Assembly (NCBI GenBank): GCA_963668175.1
Contig: OY764159.1
Coordinates: forward strand, 736,001 to 800,000
DNA: 64,000 bases
Direction of reading: 5' to 3'
From: Syntrophales bacterium
Lineage (GTDB): Bacteria; Desulfobacterota; Syntrophia; Syntrophales; PHBD01
Both the position numbers and the translations under genes were made by a program. The notes below the pieces were generated by a model. It was not told where the DNA came from, made no database searches, and was given only the letters and a program-made list of their open reading frames with translations. Below are positions 10,508-18,936 of the stretch, piece by piece; positions within the stretch are counted from its first letter, which is position 1, and each line of letters opens with the position of its first letter.

Positions 10508-11371
10508 CTATTTGCTGTAATCGTAGAAACCTCTTCCGGTCTTCCTTCCCAGATAGCCGGCATCGACATATTTCTTAAGAAGCGGGCAGGGGCGGTATTT
10601 GGAATCGCCGAAACCCTGGTGGAGAACATTCATGATGGCATAGCAAGTATCGAGACCGATCAGGTCGGCCAGGGCGAGGGGCCCCATGGGATGGTTCATG
10701 CCGAGGACCATGATGTCGTCGATGGCCTTGGGAGTGCCGACGCCTTCGAAAAGGGCGTATACCGCTTCGTTGATCATGGGCAGAAGAACGCGGTTGGAGA
10801 TGAATCCCGGAAAATCGTTGCATTCCACCGGAGTTTTACCGAATTGTTTGGTCAGTGATTCGGTCAGGGCGAAAGTTTCCTGTGAGGTGGCCAATCCGCG
10901 GATGATTTCGACCAGCCTCATTACGGGAACAGGATTCATAAAGTGCATGCCGATAACTTTATCCGGCCGTTTCGTGGCACCGGCGATTCTGGTGATCGGA
11001 ATGGACGATGTGTTGGTGGCCAGGACGACGTCGGGTTTGCAGAATTCATCCAGCTTCCTGAAGATGTTGAGTTTCAGGTCTTCTCTTTCAACGGCCGCCT
11101 CCACGACAAAATCCGCCCCTTTCATGTCTTCCAGGTTGGTGCTTTTCTTGATCCTGCCGAGAATTTCCGTCTTCTGTGCGGCAGTGAGTTTCTCCTTGGC
11201 TACCAATCTGTCCAGGTTCTTGGAGATGGTATCGTATCCTTTGTCGACAAACTGGTCCGCGATGTCATTCATGATGACATTGATTCCGCCGGGATATGCG
11301 GCAACCTGCGCGATTCCGTTTCCCATTTGTCCGGCACCGATAACACCAATTGTTTTTACTGCCATTCTCAT
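10508..11371 (-). CDS. hbd: 3-hydroxybutyryl-CoA dehydrogenase
   Basis: [37 protein letters not shown] and GRGFYDY. Confidence 0.93.
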   Translation of the reverse strand: MRMAVKTIGVIGAGQMGNGIAQVAAYPGGINVIMNDIADQFVDKGYDTISKNLDRLVAKEKLTAAQKTEILGRIKKSTNLEDMKGADFVVEAAVEREDLKLNIFRKLDEFCKPDVVLATNTSSIPITRIAGATKRPDKVIGMHFMNPVPVMRLVEIIRGLATSQETFALTESLTKQFGKTPVECNDFPGFISNRVLLPMINEAVYALFEGVGTPKAIDDIMVLGMNHPMGPLALADLIGLDTCYAIMNVLHQGFGDSKYRPCPLLKKYVDAGYLGRKTGRGFYDYSK

Positions 11372-11447
11372 TCCCTCCTTCAGATTAGAGTGATATTCGC
11401 TTTCGGGGGCAACGCGATGACAATCCGCAGCCCCTGTTTGAACGTCT

Positions 11448-12809
11448 TTATTTATCGACCCTGATCAGCATGGCGTCGCCCTGGGCATGGCCGGAACAGA
11501 TACCGCAGACGCCGTAGCCCCCTCCCCTCCGCCTGAGTTCGTAACCGAGGGTCATAGCGATCCTGGCGCCCGTAGCCCCGATGGGATGGCCGTAGGCGAC
11601 GGCGCCTCCGTTGATGTTGACTTTCTTGTACATGTCTTCCTTGGACATGCCCAGGATCGACCGGCAGCTTACGAGGGTCACGGCGGCAAAGGCTTCGTTG
11701 ATTTCGATGACGTCCATCTGATCGATGGTCATATCGTTTTGGTCGAGAACTTTCTTGATGGACAGGCCCGGAACGGTGGCAATGTCTTTCGTCGGCTGAG
11801 AGACCTCGGCATAGTCTACAATCGTGAAGATCGGTTTTAAACCAAGCTCGTTTGCCTTTTCCCGGCTCATGAGCAGGCAGACGTCGCCGCCGTCGTTGAC
11901 GCCCGGTGCATTGCCCGCGGTGACGCTTCCGGGCTGGCCGGTCACGGTGCTCTTGTGGTTGAACACCGGCGGCAGTTTGGCAAGGCCCTCGAGCGTCGTT
12001 TCCGGCCTGGGGCCTTCGTCCTTGTCCATGACGAACACTTTTTTACCCTGTTTGATTTCAACGGGGAATACTTCATCGTCCAGTTTTCCCGCCGCCATGG
12101 CCTTGACGGCGTTCAACTGGGAGTTGAGCGCCCATTCGTCCTGATCCGCACGGGTAAAGCCGAATTCGTCGGCCACTTCCGAGCCGTGAATGGCCATGTG
12201 CCTGTTATAGAAGGCGTCCCACAACCCGTCGTAGACCATGGCGTCCACAACGCGTCCGTTGGGCAAGCCCATCCGGGCGCCCCACCGCATATCGGGAAGA
12301 ACGAACGGACAGTTGCTCATGCTCTCCTGGCCGCCGGCAATGCAGATTTCCGCCCTGCCGAGCTGGATCGCCTGGAAGGCAAGGTCGATCGTCTTGATTC
12401 CGGAGGAACACACTTTGTTGACGGTAATGCAGGGAACGGATTCGGGAACACCGGCCAAAATGGTCGCCTGGCGTCCCGGGATCTGGCCGCACCCGGCAGG
12501 GACGACTTGTCCCATGTAAATGTAATCGACGTCCGCTCCTTTGACCTTGCCGTTGGTCCTGCGAAGGACTTCCTTGATGGCCAGGGCGCCAAGCTCCATG
12601 GCGGAAAAGTCCTTCAAGGCGCCGCCGGATCGGCCGTAAGGCGTTCTGCAGGCTTCAACGCACACGACTTCTCGGAGTTTTTTATGGGGATTTTTCATTA
12701 TCCGGCCCATCGTGCTAAAATCGGCCTTTCTTTCCCCAAATTTTGCGATCGGAGCGTTGGCGTAAATTTCGGATTTCTTCTTGTCCAGTTTCTGCGGGGC
12801 TTTTTCCAT
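11448..12809 (-). CDS. acetyl-CoA C-acyltransferase (thiolase) with N-terminal extension
   Basis: [23 protein letters not shown] and C-terminal CSG; strong RBS AAGGAGG before 12809. Confidence 0.93.
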   Translation of the reverse strand: MEKAPQKLDKKKSEIYANAPIAKFGERKADFSTMGRIMKNPHKKLREVVCVEACRTPYGRSGGALKDFSAMELGALAIKEVLRRTNGKVKGADVDYIYMGQVVPAGCGQIPGRQATILAGVPESVPCITVNKVCSSGIKTIDLAFQAIQLGRAEICIAGGQESMSNCPFVLPDMRWGARMGLPNGRVVDAMVYDGLWDAFYNRHMAIHGSEVADEFGFTRADQDEWALNSQLNAVKAMAAGKLDDEVFPVEIKQGKKVFVMDKDEGPRPETTLEGLAKLPPVFNHKSTVTGQPGSVTAGNAPGVNDGGDVCLLMSREKANELGLKPIFTIVDYAEVSQPTKDIATVPGLSIKKVLDQNDMTIDQMDVIEINEAFAAVTLVSCRSILGMSKEDMYKKVNINGGAVAYGHPIGATGARIAMTLGYELRRRGGGYGVCGICSGHAQGDAMLIRVDK

Positions 12810-13151
12810 TCTGTCCTCCTTATATTATATTGGCTGGCATAAAACCTTCAATATGCAAATGTTGAGGCGAATGATGGACATGCTGAAAATAGATTAGATG
12901 ACGCCCTATGTCTTGCATATCCGATTTTCTTTGTCAATCAATTTACGTTTCGCATATTGCAGACCGGAAAACGGCCGGGCCGGGGAAGTCCTGGACGCGA
13001 TTTCTGCCATGCCTGAAAGGCATTCGTGTTTTCAGTTGCGGAAAAAAGGGTCCTTGTGTTAACCCAGTGTCATTATCCACCGTTCAAAATGCAATTCCTG
13101 CAAGGCCGTTGCCGCCGGTATCCGATAAACCTGACGCAAGGAGCGACAAGT

Positions 13152-14357
13152 ATGCCGACCATAACGATTCGGGAATGCCCCAAAGTGTATATCTTAGAGA
13201 CGCATCGATCGAAAACGCCGGAGTCCACCCTGAAATTCGTCGAAGACATGAAAGACGCCCTGGGCATGCTGGATCTCCATGACGCCACGGACGTCGAAAG
13301 GTTGCAGATTCCCGTTTTTCTCTGCAACCGCATCCGCCCCGACCGGTCCGAAACGAGCCATACCGGGAAGGGGGTTTCCGCCATCCAGGCCCGGGTGTCC
13401 CTGACCATGGAATCCATCGAACGCTATTCATCGGAGTATCGCGACGAATATGCCGGGACGCTGGTCAAGGGAGCGTACAACCGCTTACGGGATCAATACA
13501 ACGTTCTCGATCCCCTGTCTCTTATCCTTTCGTCCCGGAGCGATTACGATCATGACAGGGAAATCTTCTGGGTGTGGGGTACGGACCTCGTTGCTTCAGA
13601 AGACATCCTGGTGCCTGCCTGCGCCGTTTATCATCCGTTTCACCTCGAAGATACGTTTCTGATGGAGACCCATACTAACGGCATCGCGGCAGGTAACACC
13701 CTGGAAGAGGCCATCATTCACGGTACGGCCGAGGTCATCGAACGGGATGCCTGGAGTATAGCCCAGTACAACAGAACTTTTGCCGATGCCCTGTCGGTTG
13801 AGGACACGCCGGGTAACGCCTTTATCATCGATATCATTAATCGGTACGAGCACGCGGAAATTGAAATTGTTGCCAAAGATATTACATCCGACATCGGCGT
13901 GCCGGTTGTAGCGGCGTTTTCCCGAGATTTGCGCCATGAAGGAATGATACCGGTCGACGGATTCGGCGCCCATCTCGATCCCCGGGTCGCCGCCGTGAGG
14001 GCGTTGCTGGAGATAGCGACCACACGGGCATTATTTCTGGCGAAATACGGTCTTGAAAGAATGCAGGATTCCCTGCCCCATTATTATCGGGAAGATGATG
14101 AAGACCCCCGCTTCTATGCCTTTCACCAGAAAGGGCTGGGAGAAATCCCTTCCGATTTCACCGGCGATATTGCCGCCGACATCCGTCTCATGATCGCCAA
14201 ACTATGCAGGCAGGGATTGGATAAAGTCGTCGCCGTCGACCTCACCCGCCCTGACATAGGGATTCCCACGGTACGGATGATCGTTCCGGGGATGGAGGCG
14301 ATGTGCTTCGATCGATCACGGAAAGGGGAAAGGCTCATGAATGCCTTGCCGGAGTGA
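13152..14357 (+). CDS. YcaO-family ATP-dependent peptide-backbone-modifying enzyme (methanogen YcaO-like)
   Basis: THR..TPE.TL, GKG, MESIERY, TNGIAAGNTLEEA..HG..EVIERD, G.GAHLDP and VDLTR.DIGIP.VR.IVPG.E; ATG at 13152 after AAGGAG. Confidence 0.88.
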   Translation: MPTITIRECPKVYILETHRSKTPESTLKFVEDMKDALGMLDLHDATDVERLQIPVFLCNRIRPDRSETSHTGKGVSAIQARVSLTMESIERYSSEYRDEYAGTLVKGAYNRLRDQYNVLDPLSLILSSRSDYDHDREIFWVWGTDLVASEDILVPACAVYHPFHLEDTFLMETHTNGIAAGNTLEEAIIHGTAEVIERDAWSIAQYNRTFADALSVEDTPGNAFIIDIINRYEHAEIEIVAKDITSDIGVPVVAAFSRDLRHEGMIPVDGFGAHLDPRVAAVRALLEIATTRALFLAKYGLERMQDSLPHYYREDDEDPRFYAFHQKGLGEIPSDFTGDIAADIRLMIAKLCRQGLDKVVAVDLTRPDIGIPTVRMIVPGMEAMCFDRSRKGERLMNALPE

Positions 14358-14363
14358 GAGACT

Positions 14364-14711
14364 ATGCTTTCCGAAGATGAAATCAGGGAACGGGCCTCAT
14401 ATTGCTGCTGTGTCTTGAAACAGCTGGGTTGGCTTTACGGCAATTCCTCCATTCCCCCTGCGCAGTATGTCGAATATCTGGGCAAGTCCTCGCTGGCGCT
14501 CGCTGAAGACGAATTCCTCATGGGCACGTTGATAGAGGCGGCAAGGAAGGAGAATATGGAGCAAGGTCTGTTTTCCCTCATCAATGTCTATGAAGGGCTT
14601 GTCCTGGCCTTCTGCGAATGCCTGGAGACGGATATGGAGACCATAACGAGTGCCATGCCTCCGGACACCTTTAAACGCCTGGCTGCGGAGATGGGTGTCG
14701 ATCTGGATTGA
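14364..14711 (+). CDS. hypothetical protein with a CCC motif, coupled to ycaO
   Basis: 115-aa ORF 6 nt after the YcaO stop, with a GGAG RBS at the YcaO 3' end; I recognise no family. Confidence 0.7.
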   Translation: MLSEDEIRERASYCCCVLKQLGWLYGNSSIPPAQYVEYLGKSSLALAEDEFLMGTLIEAARKENMEQGLFSLINVYEGLVLAFCECLETDMETITSAMPPDTFKRLAAEMGVDLD

Positions 14712-14792
14712 ACCGCCGACCACCTTCGTTGCCTCATATCATGCCGGGAAAATGACTCACGGGAGAGAAAGATTCATTCCCTGTGATTTTCC

Positions 14793-14821
14793 TTGACATG
14801 CAAAGAGGGATAACCTATAGA
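14793..14821 (+). promoter_or_regulatory. sigma70-type promoter candidate giving a ~335-nt leader before the CoA-transferase operon
   Basis: TTGACA-N17-TATAGA. Confidence 0.5.
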
Positions 14822-15162
14822 TCATTGTACCCTGGGCAGAGGTTTCGTATAAACATGCTCGGGTATTTCAGCGCTTTACAGGGATTAATCCCGCAGACTC
14901 ACCTGAAAAACACACGAAAAGTTGCTTATCGACCTCTTAAACGTATCAGATTAGGAGGTTAGTCATTTCAGATCATGGCAATACAATAACATTGTAACTG
15001 CAGTCAAAACCGGCTTGCATAAGTCGGACGTGATCAACTCAAATACGAAAAATCAGCAATTTATATGAAGGGAGGTGAATGTTCTTCGTTCAGCAGGATA
15101 ATTCATGTCGAAGCTGCATGTTTGCGGGGGTGTGTAATTGACAACGCCGAAAGGAGGGAACA

Positions 15163-16218
15163 ATGCCGAGAATTCGAGGAAAATCCAAGAAAGCTGAAAT
15201 ATTGACCTTAGAAGCAGCAGTAAAGAAATACATGCATAACGGAATAACTTGTGCCTTCAGCGGATTTACCGGTTTCAACAGGAACCCGTTTGCCTTTGCC
15301 TGGGAGACCGTGAGACAGGGCTTCAAAGACCTCCATGTGCTGGATCGTCACGGAAGCCAGTGCACCTGGCTTCTCAACACGGTCGGCGCCATGAAAATAT
15401 ATGAAACCAACTGGATGGGTTGGGGTGAAATGGCCGGGAAGATCGACATCAACCTGGAAAGGAATTATAAAGCAGGCAAAATGATTCTTGAAGACTATTC
15501 GCACGGCGCCATCGCCATGAGGTTCCTCGCCGGCGCCATCGGGGCTCCCTTTATTCCCTACTGCGCTCCATTGGGATCGGACCTCTACAATCCCAAGTAC
15601 GATTCCCTGGGCAGGGCCGGGATGCGAGACGGGAAGAACCCGAGAATCGCGAAAAAGAAATTCATCCAGATGGAAGAACCTTTCTGGGGTGAAGGCGACG
15701 TCGTCCTGCTGCCTGCAGCCAGGCCGGAACTTGCCATCATCCATGTCTCCCAGGTGGGAGACAAAGGAACCGCCCACTGGCGCGGCGTCGGGACGATCGA
15801 TAAGGAGATCTCTTTTGCCTGCGATAAGGTAGTGATTCTTGCCGAAGAAATCATTCCCGAGGCGGAAATGCGGAAACTGCCCGAAACGAATCAGATTCCC
15901 TATTTCGTTGTGGATGCCATCGTGGAATGCCCCTGGGGGGCCTTCCCGAGCTCCGTGCCCTTCTTCTATGACTATGACGCGCCGTTCATGAGGGAGATGG
16001 ACAAGGCGTCGCGCAATCCCGAAGATCTCAAGAAATGGCTCGACGAATGGGTATTCGGGCCGAAGAACTGGGAAGACTTCGTCGTAAAGCTCGGCGCGAA
16101 GAGGTTGCTGGATCTGAGGGCGGACAGCGTCACCGGATACAGCGTGAAGATGATGCGGGGTAAAAAACCGGCTCCCAGGATGAAGATGCCTTTGTCCGTG
16201 GCACGAAGCGGATACTAA
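15163..16218 (+). CDS. family I CoA transferase subunit A (glutaconate CoA-transferase GctA-like)
   Basis: GF...R.P.A, EDYSHG....RF.AGA.G.PF.P, GSDL, IHV...GD.G and AEEI; RBS AAGGAGG. Confidence 0.85.
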   Translation: MPRIRGKSKKAEILTLEAAVKKYMHNGITCAFSGFTGFNRNPFAFAWETVRQGFKDLHVLDRHGSQCTWLLNTVGAMKIYETNWMGWGEMAGKIDINLERNYKAGKMILEDYSHGAIAMRFLAGAIGAPFIPYCAPLGSDLYNPKYDSLGRAGMRDGKNPRIAKKKFIQMEEPFWGEGDVVLLPAARPELAIIHVSQVGDKGTAHWRGVGTIDKEISFACDKVVILAEEIIPEAEMRKLPETNQIPYFVVDAIVECPWGAFPSSVPFFYDYDAPFMREMDKASRNPEDLKKWLDEWVFGPKNWEDFVVKLGAKRLLDLRADSVTGYSVKMMRGKKPAPRMKMPLSVARSGY

Positions 16219-16239
16219 AAGAAAGGGGGGATACTGAAC

Positions 16240-17142
16240 ATGGCAAAATCAATGGAAGAATTGATGGAATTGATCGATAAGATACCCAACGAACCGGCCA
16301 AGGTCGGAGAGTTCATCCTGCCGGAGCTAATGGCCATCGCCATTGCCAATGAAGTCCGTAACGACGATGTCGTCTTTGCCGGAACCGGGCTTCCTATGGT
16401 GGGTATCATGACCGCCAACTTCACCAACGCGCCGAATGCCCTCCTGATTTACGAATCGGGGATATGCGACGGAAAGACCATGCACGTCCCCATGTCCGTC
16501 TGTGACCAGCGTGCCGCCAACATGAGTTCGACCCTGGGCGGATTGGTGGACACCTTCGGATATTACCTGCAGCAGGGTTACGTGACCCTGGGATTCCTCG
16601 GCGGCGCGGCCATCGATAAATACGGCGGCGTCAACGTCACTTCCATCGGCGACTACTATGCTCCCTCCCACCGCTTTACAGGTTCGGGCGGCAACTCCGA
16701 CATCGGTACCATGGCGCACAGAACAGCCTATATCATTCTGCAGGAGAAGCGGAGATTCCTGGAGCGGAACGAATATACGACCACTCCCGGGTGGTGGTGC
16801 TGGGACTTTAAAACGAACGAATGGAAGCCTAAAAAGGAAGTATGGAAAGGGACGGCCTATGCCAACTGCGGTCCCTGCGGCGTCGTGACCAATATGGGGG
16901 TCTACCGGTTTGACGACAAGGGAGAAATCTACCTGGAAACGCATCATCCCGGTGTTACGGTAGAGCAGGTCCAGGAGAACTGCGGATTTAAGCTGAACGT
17001 ATCGAAGGTGAAAGGGGAATCGCCCCATCCCACCTACCGGGATCTCTTCGTCCTTCGGGAATTCGTCGATCCCGAATTGATCTTCCTGCCGGCGAAGACG
17101 GAATATACAAAGGAGATCCAGGCGATCATAGACAAAGGGTGA
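16240..17142 (+). CDS. family I CoA transferase subunit B (GctB-like)
   Basis: FAGTGLP, catalytic Glu in YESG, GFLGGA.IDKYG..N.T, GSGG..D and HPGVTVEQV.EN.GF. Confidence 0.87.
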   Translation: MAKSMEELMELIDKIPNEPAKVGEFILPELMAIAIANEVRNDDVVFAGTGLPMVGIMTANFTNAPNALLIYESGICDGKTMHVPMSVCDQRAANMSSTLGGLVDTFGYYLQQGYVTLGFLGGAAIDKYGGVNVTSIGDYYAPSHRFTGSGGNSDIGTMAHRTAYIILQEKRRFLERNEYTTTPGWWCWDFKTNEWKPKKEVWKGTAYANCGPCGVVTNMGVYRFDDKGEIYLETHHPGVTVEQVQENCGFKLNVSKVKGESPHPTYRDLFVLREFVDPELIFLPAKTEYTKEIQAIIDKG

Positions 17143-17150
17143 TATAGAAC

Positions 17151-17188
17151 TGATGAGGGGGGCGGGATTTCCGCCCCTCGTCATTTTT
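17151..17188 (+). terminator. intrinsic terminator after CoA transferase subunit B
   Basis: TGATGAGGGG..CGG...CCGCCCCTCGTCA hairpin followed by TTTTT. Confidence 0.6.
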
Positions 17189-17230
17189 ACTCAAAAATAG
17201 TTAAAGGTCAGTTTTAAGAGGAGAGTTGAA

Positions 17231-18388
17231 ATGAATTTAGATTTATCGGAAGAACAAAAAATCATACAGGATACGGCAAGGAATTTTGCGAAATCGGAGC
17301 TGGAGCCCGTAGCGGCGAAGCTGGATGAGCACGGCGACCGGGAGACATTCCTGAAGAATCTGCGAAAGCTTGCAGAGCTGGGGCTTATGTCCATCAACGT
17401 CAAGGCCGATTACGGCGGATCGGAAGCCGGCGTCGTTGCCTTCAGTCTCGCGGTCACGGAGATAGGCAGGGCCTGCGCCTCCACCGGGGTCACCATGTCG
17501 GTCAACAATATGGTCTGTGAGGTCATCCAGGCCATCGGTTCGGAGGAACAGAAGAAGAAATACATCCCCAAGATTGCCTCCGGCGAATATTACGCGGGGG
17601 GATTCGGTCTTACCGAAACGACGGCCGGTTCCGACCCGGCGGGAATGCGCTGCTCGGCCATCCTGGACGGCAATGAGTATGTCCTCAACGGCAACAAGCT
17701 GTTCATCACGAGCGCCGAGTATGCCGGGGTTTTTGTCGTCTGGGCCGTTACGGACAAGTCGGCCCCCAAAGGCAAGGGCATCAGCACCTTCCTGATCGAG
17801 AACGGCATCAAAGGTTTCACCGTCGGCCGGGCGGAACACAAGATGGGCCAGCACGCCTCGGCGACCAACGAGTTGATTTTCGAAGACTGCCGGGTTCCCA
17901 AATCGGCCATGATGGGCAAACCGAACGACGGTTTCCGCACCGCCGTGGGCGAACTGGCGGGCGGGCGTATCGGTATCGGCTCCCTGGGGCTCGGTATCGG
18001 ACAGGCGGCGATCGAGTATGCCGCGAAGTACGCCCTGGAGAGAAAGCAATTCGATCAGTCCATCACGAACTTCCAGGCGATCCAGTGGATGCTTGCCGAG
18101 TCCTATACGGAACTCGAAGCGGCCAGACTCCTGCTCATGAATGCGGCCTTCCAGAAGGAAAACGGCCGATTCTTTGCCAGGCAGGCTTCCATGGCGAAAT
18201 ATTACGCCACGGAAGCGGCGGAGAGGGCCTGCCATAATGCCATCCAGATTCTGGGCGGCTACGGCTACACCAAGGAATTCCCCGTCGAGCGCTACGCGCG
18301 GGATGTTCGGATCACGTCCATTTATGAAGGGACAAACCAGATTCAGCGCGTCATCATCGCCAGGGACATTCTCAGCAGCCTGAAGTAG
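17231..18388 (+). CDS. acyl-CoA dehydrogenase (short-chain/butyryl-CoA type)
   Basis: FGLTE..AGSD, GNK.FIT, GRIGI, R.QF, GGYGY and IYEGTNQIQ. Confidence 0.93.
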   Translation: MNLDLSEEQKIIQDTARNFAKSELEPVAAKLDEHGDRETFLKNLRKLAELGLMSINVKADYGGSEAGVVAFSLAVTEIGRACASTGVTMSVNNMVCEVIQAIGSEEQKKKYIPKIASGEYYAGGFGLTETTAGSDPAGMRCSAILDGNEYVLNGNKLFITSAEYAGVFVVWAVTDKSAPKGKGISTFLIENGIKGFTVGRAEHKMGQHASATNELIFEDCRVPKSAMMGKPNDGFRTAVGELAGGRIGIGSLGLGIGQAAIEYAAKYALERKQFDQSITNFQAIQWMLAESYTELEAARLLLMNAAFQKENGRFFARQASMAKYYATEAAERACHNAIQILGGYGYTKEFPVERYARDVRITSIYEGTNQIQRVIIARDILSSLK

Positions 18389-18498
18389 ATAAAATCGGAC
18401 CGCCATAAAGACCGGAACGACTGGAACGGCGGTTCTTCATAAAGAAAAACGGTCGCTGTCGCAGTAACTGGGACGACGACGGGCAACGGGAGATGTTG

Positions 18499-18538
18499 GA
18501 AGCCTCTTGTCAGCGCGCTGACGAGGGGCTTCTTTTTT
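18499..18538 (+). terminator. intrinsic terminator
   Basis: GAAGCCTCTTGTCAGC-gc-GCTGACGAGGGGCTTC followed by a T run. Confidence 0.75.
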
Positions 18539-18684
18539 GGACTGAAAACGGCATGGACGCCGGGCCGGGGCCTCGTTGAATTTTCCGGCCGTTCATACCG
18601 CAGGCGCAAATCAACCTCAACGCGATTGTCCTCTTTACAGGGCACCTGTCTTATGATCCGCTTTCGGGTGAAAGCGCCGTTCGG

Positions 18685-18879
18685 CTATTCTTTGCTTTTA
18701 ACTTTGACAAGGATGCTGCGGCAGCATTCGGCATTCTTGATGGCGAAACAGTCGGGCCGCTCGATGACCTGATACTGGCCGTTGGCCTCGACTTCAAGGT
18801 CGTCGATGGTAAGCCCGCCGTCTTTGGGCACAAACAACATCCGGCCGATGGGAATGCCGCCTTCTTTCAAAAGAGCCAT
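18685..18879 (-). CDS. small hypothetical protein (64 aa) with CC motif
   Basis: Strong RBS GAGGAGGT before ATG 18879 (MALLKEGG...AECCRSILVKVKSKE); host-like codon usage. Confidence 0.7.
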   Translation of the reverse strand: MALLKEGGIPIGRMLFVPKDGGLTIDDLEVEANGQYQVIERPDCFAIKNAECCRSILVKVKSKE

Positions 18880-18936
18880 GTTCCACCTCCTCATGCTGAT
18901 TTGTCCGAATTTTGTTGCTTCATTTCCGGGCGGAAT

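Noticed and set aside
14355..14366. The YcaO stop is TGA and the next gene is in the same frame, suggesting Sec read-through fusion
   Set aside because: YcaO looks complete at this point, the downstream ATG has its own GGAG RBS, and I see no convincing SECIS hairpin.
17243..18406. Long antisense or alternative-frame ORFs (also 20888..21961, 28074..29183, 35999..37015, 52641..53732, 59214..60425)
   Set aside because: Shadow ORFs expected from GC3-biased coding on the real strand; they have no motifs and one runs across a tRNA gene.
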